Assembly: GCA_964016885.1 (NCBI GenBank)
Contig: OZ024741.1
Location: 339,698,001-339,762,000 of the forward strand
Direction of reading: 5' to 3'
Length of the DNA: 64,000 nt
Source of the DNA: Eledone cirrhosa
Taxonomy: Eukaryota
This document shows, in pieces, positions 24,391 through 35,000 of the stretch. A program made the translations under genes and the position numbers. The notes beneath the pieces were generated by a model. That model saw only the letters and a list, made by a program, of their open reading frames with translations, was not told where the DNA came from and did no database searches. Position 1 is the first letter of the stretch. Each line of letters opens with the position of its first letter.

Positions 24391-25000
24391 TGTCAGGTCA
24401 CCAGTTGGTGCTACTGGTAACATGTATCCCAATACAACCTGTCTCATGGTCGGGTCGTTGGCGACTAAACTGGCAACCCCACCAAGGTTTCTTGGTGAGG
24501 AGGGTGGCTTTGGACATCCTGCAGGACTAAAAACAAAACCTGTCAAAAGGCAAAGGGGCTCTTAACAGTCAATAGCCATCCAAAATCACCGGGAGAGATG
24601 ACCCCTTAGCCTTTGTCAAGGCAGAATTCTAGGAGAAGGAAAACTCTGATATAACACCTGCAACCCTGATGGTATCCAATGATGTTGAATTGTTCTTCTT
24701 TTTGGTAAATATCATCTTGGTTAAGAGAGTGGGACTGGCTTTGTGCAGTGCCTTTGCTCACTATAAAAGCTTCACAGCACAGGCATTGCTTTATATCTGG
24801 AGATCTCTCTGCACTTGTCGTCACATGGTACCATGGGCCCAGCACTATGTGTCAATAATTGTCACAAGTGTAGTGTTTGTACCAGAGTTTTCAAGTCGCT
24901 GGCTGGACTAAAAAGTCACACTCGTTCAGCGCATCGGTAGGAGTTCTCCTACATGGATATAAAGTAGTGGCCGTACTCGAAAACGAGTTGGCAGCCACCA
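24391..25000 (+). mobile_element. bipartite RTE-derived non-autonomous retroposon, copy 1
   Basis: About 610 bp, closely repeated at 54037-54645. The 3' part encodes CSVCTRVFKSLAGLKSHTRSAHR* (RTE-type C-terminal C2H2), then hairpin CTCG-AAAA-CGAG and an (ATGT)n tail. No RT. Confidence 0.8.
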
Positions 25001-25032
25001 TGTATGTATGTATGTTCTGGCTTCATTATTTT

Positions 25033-25221
25033 GGTGGATTGGCAGTATCGGTAGAGGGTCGGACGCCATGCTTTGACGTATAGAGTTACGGCCCTTGCCA
25101 TTCTGAGTTCAAATCCCGCCGAGGTTAACTTTGCCTTTCATCCTTATGGGGTTGATAAAATAAAGTACCAGTAATACACTGGGTAATTGCTGGCCTTGTG
25201 CCAAAAGTAGAAACAATTATT
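25033..25221 (+). mobile_element. SINE family A
   Basis: GGTGGATTGGCAGTATCGGTAGAG...GAGTTCAAATCCCGCC...AGAAACAATTATT. Confidence 0.9.
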
Positions 25222-25300
25222 TTATAATTTTTTTCTAATAGAAAGATAGTCGGTTTCTAACATAGACACAAAACTAGGTAAAAATGTCTGCATGTCTACA

Positions 25301-25342
<42 letters not shown>

Positions 25343-25769
25343 CAAGTCTGGATGTTATTGTATGTGTGGATGTGTATGCTGTAAGTTATATGTGCAGGCG
25401 AGCATATGTTTTTATCTATACATGTTTATATGCAGTTAGTACATGCAGAATTTTTGGAATGTTGTACATATTTTTACAGTGTATGTATGTATATATGTAT
25501 GTATGAATGTATGTATGTACATATGTATGCATATATGTATGGATACATATATGCGTATGTGTGCGGATATGTAATATTTGCCTTTACACACACACACAAA
25601 CACACACATATATATATATGAGAATCTTGGTGCCAGTCGATCGGTGTAAATATTAGCATTTTCAATTTTCAAATCACCAAGCGATATATTATTTTACTCT
25701 TTTACCTGTTCCAGCCATCCGGCTGATGCCGTGCTAGGGCACCTCCTATGTTGGTTGGCCATTGGTGTA

Positions 25770-27465
25770 AGATGAACTTTTGGCACGACACAGTGACGTC
25801 CTGTTCGGAGGTTGGTCTAGCTCTCAATACTAAAGTTTTGTGCTAGTCCCTCCAGGATTTTCCATATGTATATCACTGCGTATCTCCCCTGTCTTCGTTC
25901 CAAGGAGTAGAGTTTCAGTTCTTTTAGCCTCTCCAAGTAGCTCATCTCTTTTACCGTGGCAATCCACTTGGTGTAGCTTCGTTGGATTGCCTCAAGCTCC
26001 GTGGTTAGTATGATACTATGGGGTGACCACAGTTGGGAGCAGTAGTCCAGTCGGCTTAGGACAAATGTCCTCCATAGTATCAACATGGTCTCTCGGTCTC
26101 TTGTTCGGAAAGTCCTCAAGATCCAGTCAGTGAGTCGTCTGCACATTGTCGCCACTCTCATGATGTGTGAAGAAAAAGATGCATCATTGCTCATATCTAT
26201 CCCCAGTTCTCGTGTCGATTTCGACACGGGGATTTCGATCGATCGCTCCTGGTCCGGTGAAGCTGTGCTGTACTGTCTTTGTTTTAGTAGGTTGTTATTG
26301 TAGTGCTTGAAATTTTCCAGCATTAAACTGCATGCTTAGTCTTCAGCCCATTTGTATATATCATCCATATCATGTTGTAAAAAGGCAGCATCAGCCCGGT
26401 TTTGATTGCGTGTGCTACTTTTGTGTCATCAACATAGCTAGCGAGGGATGCTGTATGTACTACGGAGGGTATGTCTGAGAGAGCCACCAAAAACTGTAGT
26501 GGTCCCAAGACTGTGCCTTGGGGCACCCCACTTGTTATTGATGTTTACTTTGAGAGGGCTCCATTGGCTGCAACTGTCTGACTCCTGTCGTTTAACAGCC
26601 ACTCACCTACTTTTGAATTATGCCGAGTATGTGTAGTTTGTGACATAGCATTCCATGGTCGCATGTGAGCTGTCCAGCAGTTGTTTCAGTACCCATTCAT
26701 AGTGTTGTAACAGCTGTGTAAGGCAACATCTGCCTGGGCGAAAGCCATGCTGCGTGCTAGTTGGGCAGTCATTTTCCTCGAGGAACGTGATCTGTTTCTT
26801 TTTGATGATTCGTTCCACGACCTTACTGATATGTGACGTCAGGAAGACCGGTCTGTAGTTTTTGGCCTTCGCTCTGCTTCCTCCTTTATGGATAGGGCAT
26901 ATTGTGCCTTCTTTTAGCTCCCTGGGTAGTTTACCGCTAGCCAAAGAACTTCTGAAAAGGATTTTCAGTGGTTTTGCGAACGCACGCTTTCATGTTTTTA
27001 GGGGACTGCTGGAAATCCATCAGGTCCAGCAGCTGAGTTTGTTCAAATTTCTTCTCTGGCGGATATCACATCTTCCTCCATTATGTCTATGTGGTTGATG
27101 GTCGCCATTTCTTTGTGGACTATTGTGGCATCAAAGAAATCATCTGACTTTGTTATTTGCATGTGCCTCAATGGGGATGTGAATACACTTTTGTACTGTA
27201 TTTCACTTATCCCCTGGGGATCCTCGGTTAATTAACCATTTTGTGTGGAAAGAGTGGCCCAATTTTGCTGTGTAGCGAGGCAGAGTTTCTTTTGCAAATT
27301 TAAAGAAGGTCTTAGGGTTTGTTTTAATATCTTCTGTGGCCTTGGATTCTCTCTATGCTCTCTCCTTCTCATGGGAAAGTTTTGAGTGCAGTTTAAATTT
27401 CAACTAGTGCCTGTTTCAGATAGGGTTACCCCTTGTGCATTCAACTGGTTTGTGAGCTTAGTTCT
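25770..27465 (-). mobile_element. CR1-group LINE ORF2 fragment, internally deleted
   Basis: IKTNPKTFF, PIHKGGSRAKAKNYRPVFLTSHISKVVERII, QHGFRPGRCCLTQLL, VPQGTVLGPLQF, YVDDTKV, SRLDYCSQLWSP, LYSLERR. The D..KAFD motif is missing through a deletion near 26665. Confidence 0.87.
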
Positions 27466-27468
27466 CAA

Positions 27469-27567
<99 letters not shown>

Positions 27568-27821
27568 ATTTGTTTAGTTTGTTAAATAATAATCAAGATT
27601 GGGAGAGCACGCTATCGGAATGGAAAATATGATTACAAAATGAGGTCAATATAGAATGAGAATTTGTGGCCTGACTCAGGAGAAACCTGAAATAATCTAA
27701 AAGGCAAACAGAAATAACAATGCAAACGACTGTACAATGAAGAAATATAAATATTACTAGGTTTACGCTCGATATAGTAGGAAAACAATCTTAATATTTC
27801 GGACGTATATATATTACCTTT

Positions 27822-27873
<52 letters not shown>

Positions 27874-28018
27874 CATACGCCGTAAGTATAAGTATATATA
27901 TATATATGTAAAAGTTCTATTTAAATTGTTTGGATGCAACAAGCAAATATTTTTATAACTGATATAAAGCACTCAACAAATAATTGGAGTAAAAATACGA
28001 TATTAACAAATGGAAACT

Positions 28019-28093
28019 ATATTTATTTTATCTGATGAAAGCACACCATAATTTAACTTGGTGTCCTTGAAATATGTATAATGAAATAAATAT
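28019..28093 (+). ncRNA. minimal type I hammerhead ribozyme motif
   Basis: Stem I ATATTTATTTTAT/ATGAAATAAATAT, core CTGATGA (28032-28038), stem II AAG-C-ACACCA/TGGTGT-C-CTT, GAAA (28069-28072), short near-palindromic stem III TATGTA, UH = TA. Confidence 0.72.
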
Positions 28094-28131
28094 GGTTTTA
28101 TAAATATAGTTTCCATTTGTTAATATCGTAT

Positions 28132-28186
<55 letters not shown>

Positions 28187-28188
<2 letters not shown>

Positions 28189-28366
28189 TTATTAAAATAA
28201 CAGATTAAAGTTTAAGCAAATAATCGTTAAGGGTGAAAGCAGCGATTCTTTGCTTAAACTTTAATCTGTTATTTTAATAAATATTTGCTCTACAGTTCTT
28301 ATATATTTGATATATATTTATCCTTATCGAGTCCTCTTTGGATTTTAGTCTTCAAATTTATTATTA

Positions 28367-28368
<2 letters not shown>
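28187..28368. repeat. (TA)n-embedded element with a 40-bp inverted repeat; non-inverted relative at 47332-47449
   Basis: ATTTATTAAAATAACAGATTAAAGTTTAAGCAAA.AATCG pairs with CGATTCTTTGCTTAAACTTTAATCTGTTATTTTAATAAAT. The two copies share TCCTTATCGAG.CCTCTTTGGATTTTAGTCTTCAA. Confidence 0.8.
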
Positions 28369-28460
<92 letters not shown>

Positions 28461-28516
28461 GTTTGTATATATATATATATATATACACACACAACACACA
28501 CACACATATATATATG

Positions 28517-28602
<86 letters not shown>

Positions 28603-29073
28603 CATATATACATATACCGTAAGAAGCAATCGGGAAGTTGGCCAGCAGAAGGTGTATAATAAATAAAATGCAAGTGTTTTGGCTCTTATCTCCTTACAGG
28701 TCGCTTCTATTCCTACAATACTATTACATCTGAAAATTCAATCCACCGCCTCTGTTCTGGCCTTTAAGACTTTGGTCTCCTTATTGCTAGATCTTGTGAG
28801 GTGCTTCATGAGATTGTAGGTAGATTTATCTAAAAACTCTCTGACATGCTCTTTGAGCTACTATTGTATTTGGGTTGCAATATTCTTGATGTGAAACTAC
28901 TTGTTGGAACAAAAAGACAAGGTGTTGGGACCAGTAGGAAATTGAAACGAGGAGACACATTGAGATGGTGAAAGAATGTAACAAAAGAGCTTTAGCAATT
29001 TATATAACTGACAGAGGAATGGATTAGTCACCAGATTTATATATTTAAAATAATCCCCAGAAATGAAAGGCAA

Positions 29074-32000
29074 CTTTGTTTTATTGGTAGTATTGGTACC
29101 TTTTGTTTTATTGGTAGTATTGGTACCTTTTGTTTTATTGGTAGTATTGCTGTCTTTGTTTTATTGGCAGTATTGGTACCTTTGTTTTATTGGTAGTATT
29201 GGTGTCTTTGTTTTATTGGTAGTATTGGTGTCTTTGTTTTATTGGTAGTATTGGTGTCTTTGTTTTATTGGTAGTATTGGTGTCTTTGTTTTATTGGTAG
29301 TATTGGTGTCTTTGTTTTATTGGTAGTATTGGTGTCTTTGTTTTATTGGTAGTATTGGTGTCTTTGTTTTATTGGTAGTATTGGTGTCTTTGTTTTATTG
29401 GTAGTATTGGTGTCTTTGTTTTATTGGTAGTATTGGTACCTTTGTTTTATTGGTAGTATTGGTGTCTTTGTTTTATTGGTAGTATTGGTGTCTTTGTTTT
29501 ATTGGTAGTATTGGTGTCTTTGTTTTATTGGTAGTATTGGTGTCTTTGTTTTATTGGTAGTATTGGTACCTTTGTTTTATTGGTAGTATTGGTGTCTTTG
29601 TTTTATTGGCAGTATTGGTACCGTTGTTTTATTGGTAGTATTTGTGTCTTTGTTTTATTGGTAGTATTGGTGTCTTTGTTTTATTGGTGGTATTGGTGTC
29701 TTTGTTTTATTGGTAGTATTGGTACCTTTTGTTTTATTGGTAGTATTGGTGTCTTTGTTTTATTGGTAGTATTGGTGTCTTTGTTTTATTGGTAGTATTG
29801 GTGTATTTGTTTTATTGGTAGTATTGGTGTCTTTGTTTAATTGGTAGTATTGGTGTCTTTCTTTTATTGGTAGTATTGGTGTCTTTCTTTTATTGGTAGT
29901 ATTGGTGTCTTTGTTTTATTGGTAGTATTGGTGTCTTTGTTTTATTGGTAGTATTGGTACCTTTGTTTTATTGGTAGTATTGGTGTCTTTGTTTTATTGG
30001 TAGTATTGGTGTCTTTGTTTTATTGGTAGTATTGGTGTCTTTGTTTTATTGGTAGTATTGCTGTCTTTGTTTTATTGGTAGTATTGGTGTCTTTGTTTTA
30101 TTGGTAGTATTGGTGTCTTTGTTTTATTGGTAGTATTGGTGTCTTTGTTTTATTGGTAGTATTGGTGTCTTTGTTTTATTGGTAGTATTGGTACCTTTGT
30201 TTTATTGGTAGTATTGGTGTCTTTGTTTTATTGGTAGTATTGGTGTCTTTGTTTTATTGGTAGTATTGGTGTGTTTGTTTTATTGGTAGTATTGGTGTCA
30301 TTATTTTATTGGTAGTATTGGTGTGTTTGTTTTATTGGTAGTATTGGTGTCTTTGTTTTATTGGTAGTATTGGTGTCTTTCTTTTATTGGTAGTATTGGT
30401 GTCTTTGTTTTATTGGTAGTATTGGTGTCTTTGTTTTATTGGTAGTATTGGTGTCTTTGTTTTATTGGTAGTATTGGTGTCTTTCTTTTATTGGTAGTAT
30501 TGGTACCTTTGTTTTATTGGTAGTATTGGTGTCTTTGTTTTATTGGTAGTATTGGTACCTTTGTTTTATTGGTAGTATTGGTGTCTTTGTTTTATTGGTA
30601 GTATTGGTGTCTTTCTTTTATTGGTAGTATTGGTGTCTTTGTTTTATTGGTAGTATTGGTGTCTTTCTTTTATTGGTAGTATTGGTACCTTTGTTTTATT
30701 GGTAGTATTGGTGTCTTTGTTTTATTGGTAGTATTGGTGTCTTTGTTTTATTGGTAGTATTGGTGTCTTTGTTTTATTGGTAGTATTGGTGTCTTTGTTT
30801 TATTGGTAGTATTGGTGTCTTTGTTTTATTGGTAGTATTGGTGTCTTTGTTTTATTGGTAGTATTGGTGTCTTTGTTTTATTGGTAGTATTGGTACCTTT
30901 GTTTTATTGGTAGTATTGGTGTCTTTGTTTTATTGGTAGTATTGGTGTCTTTGTTTTATTGGTAGTATTGGTGTCTTTGTTTTATTGGTAGTATTGGTAG
31001 CTTTGTTTTAATGGTAGTATTGGTGTCTTTGTTTTATTGGTAGTATTGGTACCTTTGTTTTATTGGTAGTATTGGTACCTTTTGTTTTATTGGTAGTATA
31101 GGTAGCTTTGTTTTATTGGTAGTATTCGTCCCTTTCGTTTTATTGGTAGTATTGGTACCTTTGTTTTATTGGTAGTATTAGTGTCTTTGTTTTATTGGTA
31201 GTATTAGTACCTTTGTTTTATTGGTAGTATTGGTGTCTTTGTTTTATTGGTAGTATTGCTACCTTTGTTTTATTGGTAGTATTGGTGTCTTTGTTTTATT
31301 GGTAGTATTGGTACCTTTTGTTTTATTGGTAGTATTGGTACCTTTGTTTTACTGGTAGTATTGGTCCCTTTTGTTTTATTGGTAGTATTGGTACCTTTGT
31401 TTTATTGGTAGTATTGGTGTCTTTGTTTTATTGGTAGCATTGGAGTCTTTGTTTTATTGGTAGTATTGTTACCTTTTGTTTTATTGGTAGTATTGGTGTC
31501 TTTGTTTTACTGGTAGTATTGGTACCTTTGTTTTATTGGTCGTATTGTTGTCTTTGTTTTATTGGTAGTATTGGTACCTTTTGTTTTATTGGTAGTATTG
31601 GTACCTTTTTATTATTGGTAGTATTGGTACCTTTGTTTTATTGGTAGTATTGGTCCCTTTTGTTTTATTGGTAGTATTGGTACCTTTGTTTTACTGGTAG
31701 TATTGGTCCCTTTTGTTTTAATGGTAGTATTGGTACCTTTGTTTTATTGGTAGTATTGGTGTCTTTGTTTTATTGGTAGTATTGGTACCTTTGTTTTATT
31801 GGTAGTATTGGTGTCTTTGTTTTATTGGTAGTATTGGAGTCTTTGTTTTATTGGTAGTATTGATACCTTTTGTTTTATTGGTAGTATTGGTGTCTTTGTT
31901 TTATTGGTAGTATTGGTATCTTTGTTTTATTGGTAGTATTGGTACCTTTGTTTTAATGGTAGTATTGGTGTCTTTGTTTTATTGGTAGTATTGGAGTCTT

Positions 32001-35000
32001 TGTTTTATTGGTAGTATTGATACCTTTTGTTTTATTGGTAGTATTGGTGTCTTTGTTTTATTGGTAGTATTGGTATCTTTGTTTTATTGGTAGTATTGGT
32101 ACCTTTGTTTTATTGGTAGTATTGGTGTCTTTGTTTTATTGGTAGTATTGGTGTCTTTGTTTTATTGGTAGTATTGGTACCTTTGTTTTAATGGTAGTAT
32201 TGGTGTCTTTGTTTTATTGGTAGTATTGGTGTCTTTGTTTTATTGGTATATTGGTACCTTTTGTTTTATTGGTAGTATTGGTGTCTTTGTTTTATTGGTG
32301 GTATTGGTGTCTTTGTTTTATTGATAGTATTGGTACCTTTTGTTTTATTGGTAGTATTGGTGTCTTTGTTTTATTGGTAGTATTGGTGTCTTTGTTTTAT
32401 TGGTAGTATTGGTGTATTTGTTTTATTGGTAGTATTGGTGTCTTTGTTTTATTGGTAGTATTGGTGTCTTTGTTTTATTGGTAGTATTGGTACCTTTGTT
32501 TTAATGGTAGTATTGGTGTCTTTGTTTTATTGGTAGTATTGGTACCTTTGTTTTATTGGTAGTATTGGTACCTTTGTTTTATTGGTAGTATTGGTACCTT
32601 TGTTTTATTGGTAGTATTGGTACCTTTTGTTTTATTGGTAGTATAGGTAGCTTTGTTTTAATGGTAGTATTGGTGTCTTTGTTTTATTGGTAGTATTGGT
32701 ACCTTTGTTTTATTGGTAGTATTGGTACCTTTGTTTTATTGGTAGTATTGGTACCTTTGTTTTATTGGTAGTATTGGTACCTTTGTTTTAATGGTAGTAT
32801 TGGTGTCTTTGTTTTATTGGTAGTATTGGTACCTTTGTTTTATTGGTAGTATTGGTACCTTTGTTTTATTGGTAGTATTGGTACCTTTGTTTTATTGGTA
32901 GTATTGGTACCTTTTGTTTTATTGGTAGTATAGGTAGCTTTGTTTTATTGGTAGTATTCGTCCCTTTCGTTTTATTGGTAGTATTGGTACCTTTGTTTTA
33001 TTGGTAGTATTAGTGTCTTTGTTTTATTGGTAGTATTGGTACCTTTGTTTTATTGGTAGTATTGGTACCTTTGTTTTATTGGTAGTATTGGTACCTTTGT
33101 TTTACTGGTAGTATTGGTCCCTTTTGTTTTATTGGTAGTATTGGTACCTTTGTTTTATTGGTAGTATTGGTGTCTTTGTTTTATTGGTAGTATTGGTGTC
33201 TTTGTTTTATTGGTAGTATTGCTACCTTTGTTTTATTGGTAGTATTGGTACCTTTGTTTTACTGGTAGTATTGGTCCCTTTTGTTTTATTGGTAGTATTG
33301 GTACCTTTGTTTTATTGGTAGTATTGGTGTCTTTGTTTTATTGGTAGTATTGGTACCTTTTGTTTTATTGGTAGTATTGGTACCTTTGTTTTACTGGTAG
33401 TATTGGTGTCTTTGTTTTATTGGTAGTATTGGTGTCTTTGTTTTATTGGTAGTATTGCTACCTTTGTTTTATTGGTAGTATTGGTGTCTTTGTTTTATTG
33501 GTAGTATTGGTGTCTTTGTTTTATTGGTAGTATTGCTACCTTTGTTTTATTGGTAGTATTGGTACCTTTGTTTTACTGGTAGTATTGGTCCCTTTTGTTT
33601 TATTGGTAGTATTGGTACCTTTGTTTTATTGGTAGTATTGGTGTCTTTGTTTTATTGGTAGCATTGGAGTCTTTGTTTTATTGGTAGTATTGTTATCTTT
33701 TGTTTTATTGGTAGTATTGGTGTCTTTGTTTTATTGGTAGTATTGGTACCTTTGTTTTATTGGTCGTATTGGTGTATTTGTTTTATTGGTAGTATTGGTG
33801 TGTTTGTTTTATTGGTAGTATTGGTGTGTTTGTTTTATTGGTAGTATTGGTGTCTTTGTTTTATTGGTAGTATTGGTGTCTTTGTTTTATTGGTAGTATT
33901 GGTACCTTTTGTTTTATTGGTAGTATTGGTACCTTTTTATTATTGGTAGTATTGGTACCTTTGTTTTATTGGTAGTATTGGTCCCTTTTGTTTTATTGGT
34001 AGTATTGGTACCTTTGTTTTACTGGTAGTATTGGTCCCTTTTGTTTTAATGGTAGTATTGGTACCTTTGTTTTATTGGTAGTATTGGTGTCTTTGTTTTA
34101 TTGGTAGTATTGGTGTCTTTGTTTTATTGGTAGTATTGGTGTCTTTGTTTTATTGGTAGTATTGGTGTCTTTGTTTTATTAGTAGTATTGGTACCTTTGT
34201 TTTATTGGTAGTATTGGTGTCTTTGTTTTATTGGTAGTATTGGTGTCTTTGTTTTATTGGTAGTATTGGTACCTTTGTATTATTGGTAGTATTGGTGTCT
34301 TTGTTTTATTGGTAGTATTGGTACCATTGTTTTATTGGTAGTATTGGTACCTTTGTTTCATTGGTTGTATTGGTGTCTTTGTTTTATTGGTAGTATTGGT
34401 GTCTTTGTTTTATTGGTAGTATTGGTACCTTTGTTTTATTGGTAGTATTGGTGTCTTTGTTTTATTGGTAGTATTGGTACCTTTGTTTTATTGGTAGTAT
34501 TGGTGTCTTTGTTTTATTGGTAGTATTGGTGTCTTTGTTTTATTGGTAGTATTGGTACCTTTGTTTTATTGGTAGTATTGGTGTCTTTGTTTTATTGGTA
34601 GTATTGGTGTCTTTGTTTTATTGGTAGTATTGGTGTCTTTCTTTTATTGGTAGTATTGGTGTCTTTGTTTTATTGGTAGTATTGGTGTCTTTGTTTTATT
34701 GGTAGTGTTGGTGTCTTTGTTTTATTGGTAGTATTGGTGTCTTTGTTTTATTGGTAGTATTGGTACCTTTGTTTTATTGGTAGTATTGGTGTCTTTGTTT
34801 TATTGGTAGTATTGGTGTCTTTGTTTTATTGGTAGTATTGGTGTCTTTTTTTTATTGGTAGTATTGGTGTCTTTGTTTTATTGGTAGTATTGGTGTCTTT
34901 CTTTTATTGGTAGTATTGGTGTCTTTGTTTTATTGGTAGTATTGGTGTCTTTCTTTTATTGGTAGTATTGGTACCTTTGTTTTATTGGTAGTATTGGTGT

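Noticed and set aside
24606-24845. 79-aa ORF conserved in both copies (also 54251-54490)
   Set aside because: It is antisense to the RTE-derived element, and the conservation reflects recent copy identity rather than coding selection.
28683-28900. Possible host exon after the acceptor-like CTCCTTACAG
   Set aside because: The short frames have no recognisable product. The minus strand (EFLDKSTYNLMKHL...KVLKARTEAV) faintly resembles a decayed RLE LINE C-terminus, but neither reading is supportable.
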